Origin: an uncultured delta proteobacterium
GTDB taxonomy: Bacteria; Desulfobacterota; Desulfobacteria; Desulfobacterales; JAHEIW01
Length of the DNA: 64,000 nucleotides
Assembly (NCBI GenBank): GCA_963706575.1
Contig: CAVPNL010000012.1
Location: 96,001 to 160,000, forward strand
Direction: 5' to 3'
In this document: piece after piece, positions 29,793-39,851 of the stretch
Numbering within the stretch: the first letter of the stretch is position 1
How the letters are laid out: each line of letters begins with the position of its first letter
Notes under the pieces: generated by a model
The model's database searches: none
Told to the model about the DNA's origin: nothing
What the model saw: the letters and a program-made list of their open reading frames with translations, nothing else
Program-made: the position numbers and the translations under genes

Positions 29793-30875
29793 ATGTTCGA
29801 AGTCGATACCGTTGCCCGTCAGACCCTCAACAACTGCGACATTAGTGATGCCCAGCATGCCGGACTGTATTCCACCTGCGGTCTGGCCCTGCGACTGCGG
29901 GATCTTTATAAGTGGGAACACCACCTGAATCCCTGGGAAGAAAAAGATTCATCTGAAATACTGGATTGGATTGGTGAAAAGGAAGCGCTCTGGGAAAAAC
30001 TGGCAGATGCAAAATACACCGACCTATCGATCGAGGGTAAACGCTACGACCCCTTTGACACACCCGGAATCAATGCGGCACTGGAGCCCCACGGCCTTTT
30101 CTACGGAGCCGGGTATGCCTTCCGTTTAAAACCGACTTTTTTCCTGGCCGAGATCGAAAATAAAGCGCAGAGCAATGGTTACACCGTTTATACCCTCGGG
30201 CACGAATTGGCCCGTGACCTGCTTACCTTGCCGGCGCTTTCGCAGGACCAGACGATTCTGCTGCGAACCGATTCCGCGAGGCTGTATTTGTGGGATCAGA
30301 TGGCATACATAAAAAAATCAGGCCGTGCGGCACTGCAATTTACCCTTGAACACTTCGGAATGAAAAACCAGCAACCTGAAGTCTTGCAGCAGCATCTACC
30401 CCAAATTCTGGCCGTCCAAAAGGACAACTACATATATCATGAGATCGGAGAACTCAGCGATTCTACGTTTAATCCGACAATCTGGCGCGAATTAATTGCC
30501 GCCTTTCCGCATTCACCCGTAGAGCTGCTCGCCAGAGGTCTCAAAGACCTGCTGGCGGACACCAGCCCAAAAGGAACGCTGCCCTATCTGATAAAAACCC
30601 GCAAAACGGCCGCTCTGGGACTGTATGCCGCTTTTTTGGATGGAATGCCAGCGGAACTTTTCCCCGAATTGAGAGACGCGTTTAATCACTTTACCAAAAC
30701 CCGCAATTGGCGTATGATTAAAGAAGCGGCTGCCGAAGGCTATCGCCGTGCCACGAATTATACCTCTGAGATGGTTCACCTTTTTCAGACGGCTAACAAA
30801 AAGCAGCAGATGCAGTGGGCCAAAGATGAAATCGAGAAACGCCTGCTGGATAAAATCAAAAGAAGGGATATTTGA
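29793..30875 (+). CDS. Conserved hypothetical protein (Sfum_1244-like) with HExxE motif
   Basis: NCDISDA, YSTCGLALRLRDLYKWE, YHEIGE. Confidence 0.75.
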   Translation: MFEVDTVARQTLNNCDISDAQHAGLYSTCGLALRLRDLYKWEHHLNPWEEKDSSEILDWIGEKEALWEKLADAKYTDLSIEGKRYDPFDTPGINAALEPHGLFYGAGYAFRLKPTFFLAEIENKAQSNGYTVYTLGHELARDLLTLPALSQDQTILLRTDSARLYLWDQMAYIKKSGRAALQFTLEHFGMKNQQPEVLQQHLPQILAVQKDNYIYHEIGELSDSTFNPTIWRELIAAFPHSPVELLARGLKDLLADTSPKGTLPYLIKTRKTAALGLYAAFLDGMPAELFPELRDAFNHFTKTRNWRMIKEAAAEGYRRATNYTSEMVHLFQTANKKQQMQWAKDEIEKRLLDKIKRRDI

Positions 30876-30900
30876 GGCTCATAAAACCGGGAGAGGTTGC

Positions 30901-31641
30901 ATGAACTACGACGCTGAATTCTGTCAGCAGATTCGGGTAAGTGAAGAAGACAAGCGTCAATGCCTGGCGCTGATTTCTAAAATCCTATTTTTGGCCACCA
31001 ATGCGCGCAATTACGGTTTGCTGTCACTGGGCCAAGAAGCCGAAGAAAGCACTTCATTTCTGCTGGGCAAGGGACTTCAGCTGGCAATGGACGGGGTCAA
31101 AAGCCATACAGCCAGAACGATACTGGAGCTTTATATCTTTACCGGGGATTACACGGGCAAGGATTTGCTGGGACGCTGCATCATCCTGGAAGGGGTAATG
31201 GGCATCCTGGAAGGCATGCATCCGAAGCTTCTCAAAGAGCTTCTGCTCTCATTCCTTGGTGAATCCGGTCACAGCATGTACAAAGAAGAATTTGAAGCCA
31301 GGGAAAAGGAAAAACTGGAATCCTATCTTCAGCAAATTGAAGAAAAACCCGCCGCATCCGATTCATCCGCCAAACTGGGCAACGTTATCGCCCGCCTCAA
31401 CGGCAAGGCCATTAAACAATTTTTGCAGATCATCAATATCGAAGACCTGGCAAAGGCCATAAAAGATATGGATGGCAAAGTGCAAATAAAACTGTTCAAC
31501 CTGCTGCCGGAAAGAGGCGCATCTCTGCTGCTGGAATCCGTTGAACAGATGGATTCGATTGGGCCGGGTGAAATCCTTGAGGCCCAGAATAAGGTGGTGG
31601 CAATTATATCCGAGCTGAAAGAGCAGGGGCGGATCGGTTGA
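30901..31641 (+). CDS. Soluble MotA-cytoplasmic-domain/FliG C-terminal-domain fusion protein
   Basis: ARNYGLLSL, FLLGKGLQLAMDG, IILEGV...GMHPKLLKELLLSFL (MotA-like), then LAKAIK...KLFNLLPERGASLL...EAQNKVV (FliG_C); no TM helix. Confidence 0.75.
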   Translation: MNYDAEFCQQIRVSEEDKRQCLALISKILFLATNARNYGLLSLGQEAEESTSFLLGKGLQLAMDGVKSHTARTILELYIFTGDYTGKDLLGRCIILEGVMGILEGMHPKLLKELLLSFLGESGHSMYKEEFEAREKEKLESYLQQIEEKPAASDSSAKLGNVIARLNGKAIKQFLQIINIEDLAKAIKDMDGKVQIKLFNLLPERGASLLLESVEQMDSIGPGEILEAQNKVVAIISELKEQGRIG

Positions 31642-31655
31642 AAAGCGGAACTATT

Positions 31656-32396
31656 CTATTTGCCGGCAAAAACTTTCTGCAACAAATCGGTTACCCGGGC
31701 TGCCGGCTGGGTGCGGATTTGTCTCTCCTGCTCGGCCAGCATTTTAAAAAGCCCTTTAAGGCCGCCATCGGTTACATACTGATCCAGGTCAAAACTCAAG
31801 CTTTTACCAAAGGGTATGCTTTGCGCCTTGGCATTCAAATCCTGAAACGACCGCGTAACCCCGACCTCCCCCATCGCGTCTTGAACAATGGGTTTAAAAA
31901 GCTCCTCGAGCCGGCCTGATGTTTTATCCTCAAAATAAAGCGTGGCCTCATTATCCCGTCCGTTGAGAATTTTGCCAGCATCCTCAAAACTCATCTGCCG
32001 GATTGCATCCTGGAAAATCGATTTTGCCTCGGGCGCGGCACGTTCGGCCGCGCGGTTCATACTCAGCTCGAATGCATCCACTTTTTGCCCGTAACCGGCC
32101 GCTCTTAAGAATTTCTCAACTTTCTGTACGGATTCAGGAAGCGGAATTTTAATATCCGGATTTCCATAATATCCATCCGCCTGAGACACCAGGGCCACGG
32201 CTTTTTGCGTTCCGACCTCGAGGGCTTCCTTCAGTCCTGCGATGATTTCATCATTCGTAAGCGCTCCTGAACCCCCCAAAGCGTCCTGGGCGCCCTTGAC
32301 AATATCACTTAAACCGGCTGAAAATCCCGGATGGCCACCGGCGATTAAAATAACAGCCAGTATCAGAGCGATTATAAAACGATACGTTTTCATCAT
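31656..32396 (-). CDS. DUF4197 domain secreted protein
   Basis: Signal peptide; [30 protein letters not shown]. Confidence 0.9.
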   Translation of the reverse strand: MMKTYRFIIALILAVILIAGGHPGFSAGLSDIVKGAQDALGGSGALTNDEIIAGLKEALEVGTQKAVALVSQADGYYGNPDIKIPLPESVQKVEKFLRAAGYGQKVDAFELSMNRAAERAAPEAKSIFQDAIRQMSFEDAGKILNGRDNEATLYFEDKTSGRLEELFKPIVQDAMGEVGVTRSFQDLNAKAQSIPFGKSLSFDLDQYVTDGGLKGLFKMLAEQERQIRTQPAARVTDLLQKVFAGK

Positions 32397-32542
32397 ATGC
32401 TCCTTTATTAGAAGTTCGAATAGATTAGGATAACACATCATTTACTTTTAAATTCTTCAAATTCCGCAGTAAAACCGAATGCGATGGTCGGTTCTTCAGG
32501 CCAAAGATCTTAAATTTTTGGGTTATCGGCCTTTGGCATGCC

Positions 32543-33391
32543 TTACTGAGCAGCTTCCGGCTTGGCATCGGTGCTCTGCACTTCGGCTGCTTGCTGAACC
32601 TGGGTCATTGACCGAATTTCCGTCAAGCGGGTTTTCAGGACATTGATCTCATTGGCTTGGGATCCAATTGCTTCCTGGAGCTTCTGATTCTCAGCGGTCA
32701 AAACCTGATTATTACTTTTCAGCGATTGAAGCTCAGCGTTCTCTTTCTCAAGATCGGCCTTGCTTTCGATACACGCTTGAATTTGCTCTTCAAGTTGCTG
32801 ATTCGTCGCAACCAAATTTTGATTCTGGCTGATGTCCGATTGAAGTTCAGTGATTTTTTGTTCCAGACCCGCTTTTTCCTCGGTTAAAGTCTGGATTTGC
32901 TCTGTTCGCTTCTGGTTTTCGACAGTCAGCTCTTGATCCGCTCCAATTTTTGAGCGAAGCTCTGTGTTTTCTTGCTCGACAACATTTTTGGCTTGAATCA
33001 ACGATTGGATCTGGTCCATCAATTCCAGGTTCTTTTGGGTAAGATCCTTATCAGAACTCATCGCGACCTGAAGCGCTGCTTTTTCTTCCTCAAGAGATTT
33101 TATCTTTTGCTGAAGAATTCCATCCTCACCAGTGGCCCTGACCTCTTCTGTCGGTTTTTCTTCTTCGGTGGATTTTAAGCGCGCACCCTCTGCTCCCAAT
33201 TGTTTTTCAAGTTCACTGTTTTTTTGTTCCAAGCTGGCGATGTATTTTACCGTATCTCTTAGAATACTCTTATAATCAGTGGGCTCATCGCCATTTAGGC
33301 CCCACCTGTAATAACCGGTTACAACCCCCCCGACAAATAAAAGAATTACCAGAATAGCGCCTGCAATGAGTTTGCTTTTCGCCGTCATCAT
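32543..33391 (-). CDS. Membrane-anchored coiled-coil protein with 38-aa repeats
   Basis: N-terminal TM helix; ~3.5 repeats of L..EN..L.EQIQ....K..LE.EN.ELQS. Confidence 0.8.
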   Translation of the reverse strand: MMTAKSKLIAGAILVILLFVGGVVTGYYRWGLNGDEPTDYKSILRDTVKYIASLEQKNSELEKQLGAEGARLKSTEEEKPTEEVRATGEDGILQQKIKSLEEEKAALQVAMSSDKDLTQKNLELMDQIQSLIQAKNVVEQENTELRSKIGADQELTVENQKRTEQIQTLTEEKAGLEQKITELQSDISQNQNLVATNQQLEEQIQACIESKADLEKENAELQSLKSNNQVLTAENQKLQEAIGSQANEINVLKTRLTEIRSMTQVQQAAEVQSTDAKPEAAQ

Positions 33392-33450
33392 TTTCCTCCT
33401 TTCAGCTGGCCATCAACTGAAAACGGATCCGTAAAAAATTTCGGTCTTTT

Positions 33451-33792
33451 TTAACAGCTTACATGAATGCCCGCAGCAACCTGCCTGCCTTCCTGAAAAA
33501 GTTTATTAAAAACCTCGATCGCTTTGGATGTCTTCTTTTCAATTAACACAATGTGATGGGTTGCTAATTTTTCGCGCAAAGGAGCACTGGTCTTCATTAA
33601 CCCCGGGGAACCCTTGCCAATGACTACGATCTCCGGTTTGGCTTCCAGAATATCGGCGACATCCTCGACATCAACTCGGTGACCGCTCTTTCGCCACCAG
33701 TCCGAAATTACCTGCCCTCGCACAATTTTAATGTCATCCCGATAGGTCTTGCCATTGACAACGATTTTGCCGAATGAAAAATCCGTGATCAT
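33451..33792 (-). CDS. Mth938-like (DUF498/598) protein
   Basis: FSFGKIVVNGKTY..D, WWRKSGH, VIGKG, IHVSC. Confidence 0.88.
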   Translation of the reverse strand: MITDFSFGKIVVNGKTYRDDIKIVRGQVISDWWRKSGHRVDVEDVADILEAKPEIVVIGKGSPGLMKTSAPLREKLATHHIVLIEKKTSKAIEVFNKLFQEGRQVAAGIHVSC

Positions 33793-33941
33793 ATATTACC
33801 ATCATTAGATTGTTTGGAAGTGGTATATTGATTATTAAACTTAAAAAATAATTGTCAAGAGAACTGGATATGATAGAGTGACAATCACAAATTGCTTCAA
33901 AGCGAACGTGCACCAAGTTAAAGAAAAGGAATCGAGCGCCG

Positions 33942-34406
33942 ATGATGAAGAACAAGCGTACGGAAATAATCGTCCCTAAAGACCGGGCGATATTCTGGCT
34001 CGATAAAAACGGGCGCTGGCACAACGCGCACGGGGAATTTCAGCACAAAAAGATCATCGACTATTTCCATTCCTCAATTCAAAAAGACGAAAAGGGGTAT
34101 TACCTTTTCCAGGAAAGGGGAAATCTGCGCGAAAAAGTTTACTTCCATTATGAAGACACCGCATTGTTTGCGGTGGATTTAATTAAAGACGAGGATATCA
34201 CGCTGATACTGAACACCAAAAGGCAGATAAAGCTGAAGCCTAAAAACCTTTTTACGAGAAATGACAACCTTTACATGCGGCTGGGGCAGGAAACCATCAA
34301 GTTTGCCGAGCGGGGCTTAATGAAAATCTCGGATCTGCTGGAATTTAAAGATGAACAGTATTTTATAAAAGTAAAAAACAGAAGATACCGCATCGTTGAA
34401 AAATAA
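33942..34406 (+). CDS. Conserved hypothetical protein (DUF1285-like)
   Basis: FWLDKNGRWHN.HG, EKVYFHYEDT. Confidence 0.65.
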   Translation: MMKNKRTEIIVPKDRAIFWLDKNGRWHNAHGEFQHKKIIDYFHSSIQKDEKGYYLFQERGNLREKVYFHYEDTALFAVDLIKDEDITLILNTKRQIKLKPKNLFTRNDNLYMRLGQETIKFAERGLMKISDLLEFKDEQYFIKVKNRRYRIVEK

Positions 34407-34579
34407 ACCTAGTGCAAGCAAACCATCGGGCACTGCGGCGTGATTTCCAGACAGGTTCAAGTTAGGGGCTTCGCCCCAATTGGAATAGTGGAATAATGGG
34501 TCCTGGGATAGTGGCTTCCCAACATTGATGACCACAAAAACCACTATATTTCCAGCAAGTTGTAGAAATTCCGAGACCG

Positions 34580-35344
34580 TTAATGACAGGGCGGGGCCGT
34601 CACCAGCAGTTGAAATATTTTGGTTTGCTGTTTCTCGACGGCCCATTTCGAGGCTGTTTTCCGCTGGTTATCCATAGCTCGAACATCCGCACAATGGGTC
34701 AGAAGCGTTTGCACCACGGCTGCATGCCCCCGTTTGGCGGCGATGATCAAGGCCGTGTTGCTGTTCTTATCTTTGAGGTTAACATCGGCTCCAAAAGAAA
34801 TCAGCTGCTGAACCACCTTATCGTGTCCGCCGGCGGCGGCAAAAATCAAAGCGGTTTTTCCGCTGCTTTCCGGCATATTGACAGCGGCTGCGCTGGGTCG
34901 CAAATCGGCTAAGATCCCTTGATGGCCGTTCAGAGCCGCAAACATGACGGCGGTGGCACCGCTGTCATTTCGAATGTCAATCCGGGCACCGCTGTTGAGC
35001 AATAGATTGGCGATTTCGCGGTGGCCGAATTGGGCCGCCATCATCAGAGACGTCCAGCCCGCATTTTCCTGGGTATCTACGCCGGCACCTCTGACGATTA
35101 ACTCCCGGACAATATCTTCGTGGCCCTCATAGGTGGCTTTCATTAGAGCCGTCCAGCCGTCTTCATTCCTGGCTTCCACCGGCACGCCCTGATCCAGAAA
35201 CCCTTTCACCTCATCGATCTCACCCAGTTCAGCCGCGCTGATCAGCTGTTCGGAAAGCGTGCCGGCGCAAACCCGGCCGGTCGAAAAAATGACAACCCCC
35301 GACAGGGTGATCAGGATTGAAAGCCAGGCGGTTGGGCGAAGCAT
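34580..35344 (-). CDS. Secreted ankyrin-repeat protein
   Basis: Signal peptide; repeated G.TAL..AA..GH motifs. Confidence 0.92.
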   Translation of the reverse strand: MLRPTAWLSILITLSGVVIFSTGRVCAGTLSEQLISAAELGEIDEVKGFLDQGVPVEARNEDGWTALMKATYEGHEDIVRELIVRGAGVDTQENAGWTSLMMAAQFGHREIANLLLNSGARIDIRNDSGATAVMFAALNGHQGILADLRPSAAAVNMPESSGKTALIFAAAGGHDKVVQQLISFGADVNLKDKNSNTALIIAAKRGHAAVVQTLLTHCADVRAMDNQRKTASKWAVEKQQTKIFQLLVTAPPCH

Positions 35345-35416
35345 ATGAACTTTCCTCCGGGGCCGACAGCAACTCTAGAATGATTGCGCGAATCGCTCAC
35401 ATGCCGCGGGCCGGCA

Positions 35417-35731
35417 TTAATCTGTGGGTGATTCTTCGGGGCAGCATTCCTCGATTTCTTTCTCCAGCTTTTTTGAGTATTCCTCAAGTTTGGCTTTGGC
35501 CGCTTCAAGTTCATCTATAATCTGTATCCGTTCGAATTCTCTGGCCTCAACTTTGACCAGCATCATGCCAAATGATTCGGCCAATTCTGCCAGAATGCTC
35601 GGATATCTGCCTTTTTTGGACAGTTCGAATAAGCGTTCCGAATCTGATTTGTCATATTTGCCGGATGCAATTTTCTTGCAGCAGCCATTCAGCATGTCAA
35701 ATAAATCGAGGTAATAACGCTCGAAATCCAT
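35417..35731 (-). CDS. Hypothetical helical/coiled-coil protein
   Basis: ELAESFGMMLVKVEAREF (HAMP-like helix); RBS AAAGGA. Confidence 0.7.
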   Translation of the reverse strand: MDFERYYLDLFDMLNGCCKKIASGKYDKSDSERLFELSKKGRYPSILAELAESFGMMLVKVEAREFERIQIIDELEAAKAKLEEYSKKLEKEIEECCPEESPTD

Positions 35732-35991
35732 TTTTGTGTTCCTTTCTTAACTGATTTTTAAATATAACGTGTTTTTTGGCGCTGCGCAATAATGAAGCCC
35801 ATAAGGATGCAGTTCGGCTTCGAGTAATTCGTTTGTAAATCCAACGAACATCCACATTCTGTGGTTTCAACAATTGATTCCCTGCAAACATGACCCGCGC
35901 GAGGCCGAGTGTGTTGACTAATGTCTCAAAAAGCGATACTTTCAGAGCGTTCTACCACATCCGTTTACCCAACATTTTAGAGGCTAAGCAA

Positions 35992-36579
35992 ATGCGCAGG
36001 TCAATTCATCTGATTTTTCTCACAACCGTCTTTTTGATGAGCACCGGCAGCCTGAATGCCGCCGATCTGAAAAATGGTTTTTTTGATATCCAATGGAAAG
36101 CCAACCTGTCCCAGACGGCCGACTTTGAAAAAGTCGGGGAAAATTTAAATGTCAGCTATTTTATCAACCCCAAGCGCGTTTTCACAATTAATGACATTAG
36201 AATCCAGGATGTGGTCTATGGCTCCCACGCGAATCAGTTTTTTGCCGTCTACATCAATATCGATAATATCGAAGTCTTCGCGCAGCTTAGAAGGCATATG
36301 AACCGCATTTACGGTGTGCCCAAAATTACAAGGACAATGTCGGCGGAGCAGACCACATATCGATGGAAGCATGAGAAAACCAAAATCAAGCTGAAAACCT
36401 ACGAAAACAAAAACAATATGAAATTGGCATTTTACTACATACCGCTTTCCCGGCAGGTAAATGAAAGCCAGCAGGAAGCCTTTCACGAAAATTTCAGTCG
36501 TTCGCGGTTTCCCCTGGATGACAGCAGAAAGCAAAGGGCGATGAACCTGATGGAACTGGAGGACCTGGGACCCCGCTAA
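35992..36579 (+). CDS. Secreted hypothetical protein
   Basis: Signal peptide MRRSIHLIFLTTVFLMSTGSLNA; GFFDIQW motif. Confidence 0.75.
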   Translation: MRRSIHLIFLTTVFLMSTGSLNAADLKNGFFDIQWKANLSQTADFEKVGENLNVSYFINPKRVFTINDIRIQDVVYGSHANQFFAVYINIDNIEVFAQLRRHMNRIYGVPKITRTMSAEQTTYRWKHEKTKIKLKTYENKNNMKLAFYYIPLSRQVNESQQEAFHENFSRSRFPLDDSRKQRAMNLMELEDLGPR

Positions 36580-36900
36580 ACCTGAAACATTAGGGCCCGT
36601 TTCCATCCTGGGATGCCAGTTGAATCTTTTCCGCAATTTCATTTAAAATCAACTCGATCCTCGCCCGCCGAATTTCCATAAATTCTTCCGGAAGCCACTT
36701 CTCAGGCGGCGGCAATAAAGCTTGGAAAACAATGGGCATCATCAACCCCAGAACCGCCCCCATTAGAACTGCTGCAGCAATTATGCCGGTAGTATAACTC
36801 AGGTAGTCGCCCTTTTGGAAAAACAGGGTTGGGCGGAGCGTCATCAGCAGGTAGGTAAAGCTGGAGGCCAGAAGAAAGAGAAACAGGACTTTTTGACCGG

Positions 36901-37353
36901 CTATCGCCAGTTCCCTTCGATCCTTGCGTTCGATTGTCTTTCCAGTTTATTCACTCGGTGGACCAGTTGACTGCTGGGGGTATTCTCTTTCAGGATTTTG
37001 ATTTCTTTAAATAAATCGACAATTAACAGGCCCTGCTGCGCGTTGGCCTCAATCGCCAGGTTACTGGTATCCCGCCATGAAGTGACACGAAAAAATGTAA
37101 CCCCGTCAATCGTTTTGCTGGGGTATTTTGCTGCCAATCGTTTTGAAATACCGCTGGCCGTTTCGGCCGGAAATGCCCAGATATGTTTGTGCCCATCCGG
37201 ATCAATAATGCCCAACAGATACACATTTGAACTCCCATCGGACGAAGACCCTGCCGGGCTTTTTGCCAGCAAGGGCATGCTGAGCATAAATACAGCGATC
37301 ACAAAAACCAAAACCCCAAGGGCATGAATAATAAAAATCGATTTTTTTTTCAT
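36901..37353 (-). CDS. Secreted/membrane hypothetical protein
   Basis: N-terminal hydrophobic leader; RBS GAGG. Confidence 0.6.
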   Translation of the reverse strand: MKKKSIFIIHALGVLVFVIAVFMLSMPLLAKSPAGSSSDGSSNVYLLGIIDPDGHKHIWAFPAETASGISKRLAAKYPSKTIDGVTFFRVTSWRDTSNLAIEANAQQGLLIVDLFKEIKILKENTPSSQLVHRVNKLERQSNARIEGNWR

Positions 37354-37531
37354 AATATATCCTCACATATTAAAAATATGATGCCCGCAGAATTCACGGC
37401 CGGAACCGTTCCCGGGCTTGGCCCCAATTTGATTCAGGCTAAATATAACCGCCTTTGGGTCATTCGTCACTAAAAAATTTCCCATTGCGGCAATATGTGA
37501 TCTTGGATCGCACCTGCACGCCGGGTCTGAG

Positions 37532-37560
37532 TTGACACACCTGCCACTTTTTCATATGGT
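37532..37560 (+). promoter_or_regulatory. Putative sigma70 promoter
   Basis: TTGACA-17-TATGGT, 60 nt upstream of the dadA-like gene. Confidence 0.5.
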
Positions 37561-37620
37561 GCATCCGAGCACCCGGGCGTGCCGCGGTGCAATCCTAGCG
37601 GCAGGAGATTTGGCAGTTCA

Positions 37621-38877
37621 ATGGAAAAACACAGCGATGTTCTTGTAATCGGCGGGGGTATTATCGGATTGGCCTGTGCCTACTATCTGGCCAAAGCAGG
37701 CAAAAATGTTCGCCTGCTGGAGCAGGATACTATCGGTGCCGACACCGCTGCCTCCTACGGAAACTGCGGTCTCGTTTTTATCAGCCATCTGGTTCCGCTG
37801 TGCGCCCCCGGCACCATCCGGCACGAAATCATGCGCCGCTTACAAGGGGGTTCTCCCCTCTATATTAAGCTGGCACCGGATGTTAAGCGGTTTAAATGGT
37901 TATGGAACTTCGCAAGAAAGTGCAACAATAAGCACATGGCTTATGCCATTAAACCGCGCGGCAAGATTTTACAAAATTCCATAGAGCTGCTGGTGAAGCT
38001 GTTAGAAGAGGAGCATATCGAATGTGACTGGGAGGAAAAAGGGGTTCTGATGGTGTTTAAATCCCGGTCCGAAATGCAGCAATATGGCAAAACCAACAAC
38101 CTGATGAAGCCCTATGGACTGGATGCGGTTTCACTGGTCGGCGATGCGCTCTTTGATCTCGAGCCGGCGCTTCACAGGGACGTTTACGGCGCCTGGTTTC
38201 ACAAAAAGGACAGTCACCTACGTCCGGAAAAATTGCTGCTGGGTTGGCAGCAGGTTCTGCTGAAAATGGGTGTGATTATCGAAGAAAACTGCCGTCTGGA
38301 AGACCTGGCTGCGGAAAGCCGGCGAATCCGCCATGCGGAGACGACCAGCGGTATTTATACCGCGGATGAATATGTTCTGGCCACCGGCGCATGGACGCCT
38401 CAGCTTACCGATCGGCTAAAACTAAGCCTGCCGGTTGAGCCCGGCAAAGGTTACAGCCTCACCATTACCCGACCGGCTGTGTGCCCGACAATTCCATGTT
38501 ACTTTAGTGAACCCAGCGTTGTGGCGACCCCCTGGAAAGACGGATTTCGCCTGGGCGGCACCATGGAATTTTCAGGCTTTAATTCCGATATTCTTGCCCG
38601 GCGTATTCAAAATCTGATTTCCGGCGCCAATGAATACTTAAAAGAGCCCATCGGTGAGCCTTTAATGGAAGAGTGGGTGGGCATGCGCCCCATGGTTTAC
38701 GACGATCTGCCGATCATCGATCGTGCACCGAATCACCCCAACCTGGTGGTGGCCACCGGCCATGGGATGCAGGGTATTTCCATGGCGACCGGCACCGGAA
38801 AACTGGTGGCTGATATCATTACCGGACGCAAGCCTCACATTGATCCGACTGCGTTCGGCATCCAGCGATTTCTCTAA
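37621..38877 (+). CDS. D-amino acid dehydrogenase-like FAD oxidoreductase (DadA family)
   Basis: VIGGGIIG, ASYGNCG, PGKGYS, GMRP, ATGHGMQG. Confidence 0.9.
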   Translation: MEKHSDVLVIGGGIIGLACAYYLAKAGKNVRLLEQDTIGADTAASYGNCGLVFISHLVPLCAPGTIRHEIMRRLQGGSPLYIKLAPDVKRFKWLWNFARKCNNKHMAYAIKPRGKILQNSIELLVKLLEEEHIECDWEEKGVLMVFKSRSEMQQYGKTNNLMKPYGLDAVSLVGDALFDLEPALHRDVYGAWFHKKDSHLRPEKLLLGWQQVLLKMGVIIEENCRLEDLAAESRRIRHAETTSGIYTADEYVLATGAWTPQLTDRLKLSLPVEPGKGYSLTITRPAVCPTIPCYFSEPSVVATPWKDGFRLGGTMEFSGFNSDILARRIQNLISGANEYLKEPIGEPLMEEWVGMRPMVYDDLPIIDRAPNHPNLVVATGHGMQGISMATGTGKLVADIITGRKPHIDPTAFGIQRFL

Positions 38878-38922
38878 CGTCTCTATTTTTTATCCGCACT
38901 CACCTAATAGAAGAGCGCTACC

Positions 38923-39720
38923 ATGAAATACGGAGCCATGAACTTTCCGATCAAACCGGTTGCCGACGAGCTGGCAGATATCGCCGCCCTGGGCTTCGAT
39001 TATCTGGAGCTATCGATGGATCCGCCCCAGGCGCATTATGCGACCATCCGACAACAGATGAATTCGATTTTAAGCGCCCTGGCGTCGCAATCCATGAACA
39101 TTATCTGCCATCTTCCAACCTTTGTTTCCACCGCCGACCTGACAGACAGCATCCGCGAAGCATCGCTGTCGGAAATGTTTAATTCACTGGAAGTTGCGGC
39201 TGAGCTTGGATCGCAAAAAGTCGTTTTGCACCCCGGCCATATCGGTGGACTGGGGATCTATATCGAGGAGACCGCGCTGGCCCATGCAAATAATAGTCTG
39301 GCGGCAATCATCGATCGCGCGCAAACGCTGGGGCTTTGCGTCTGTCTTGAGAACATGTTTCCCAGATGCCGGGCTTTTGTTGAGCCGGCCGATTTTGTTG
39401 AAATTTTGCAGCGCTTTCCGGATCTCAAGCTGACACTGGACACCGGCCACGCCAACATCGGTAATCCGGGCGGGCGGCGCATTCTAGAATTTATCGAAAA
39501 ATTCGGCCACCGCATCGGGCATCTGCACATCAGTGATAATTTTGGCGAACGCGATGATCATATCCCGCTAGGCGCCGGCAAAATCGATTTTTTAAAAATT
39601 GTAAGGGCACTAAAGCAATGCGAATACGATGACACCGCCACCCTGGAAATATTTTCTGAAGACCGTCGGGAGTTAAAAAAGAGCCGGGATCGGTTTGATC
39701 GTCTCTTTAAAAACAGATGA
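38923..39720 (+). CDS. Sugar phosphate isomerase/epimerase (xylose-isomerase-like TIM barrel)
   Basis: VVLHPG, LENM, LDTGHA, HLHISDN, LEIF. Confidence 0.88.
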   Translation: MKYGAMNFPIKPVADELADIAALGFDYLELSMDPPQAHYATIRQQMNSILSALASQSMNIICHLPTFVSTADLTDSIREASLSEMFNSLEVAAELGSQKVVLHPGHIGGLGIYIEETALAHANNSLAAIIDRAQTLGLCVCLENMFPRCRAFVEPADFVEILQRFPDLKLTLDTGHANIGNPGGRRILEFIEKFGHRIGHLHISDNFGERDDHIPLGAGKIDFLKIVRALKQCEYDDTATLEIFSEDRRELKKSRDRFDRLFKNR

Positions 39721-39827
39721 CAGAGAGCGGATGTCAGATTTCGGAAAACAGAAGACTAGGGGTTAAACAATGGATAGCAGTATTTTTTCTGGCATCTTCT
39801 GTCTTCTGTCATCTGACATCTGACCTC
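39714..39827. repeat. 7-nt-unit palindrome (CAGAWGA)
   Basis: cagatga cagagag cggatgt cagattt cggaaaa cagaaga ... tcttctg tcttctg tcatctg acatctg; the first unit contains the upstream gene's TGA. Confidence 0.75.
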
Positions 39828-39851
39828 GTTACTAAACAAAGGAAACCGAAC

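Noticed and set aside
36590..36844. 84-aa membrane ORF
   Set aside because: There is no clear start or RBS. It may be a fragment, but support is insufficient to call it.
39717..39851. N-terminal extension of ghrA given by the ORF track
   Set aside because: It translates the 7-nt palindrome. A better RBS and family-typical start lie at 39852.
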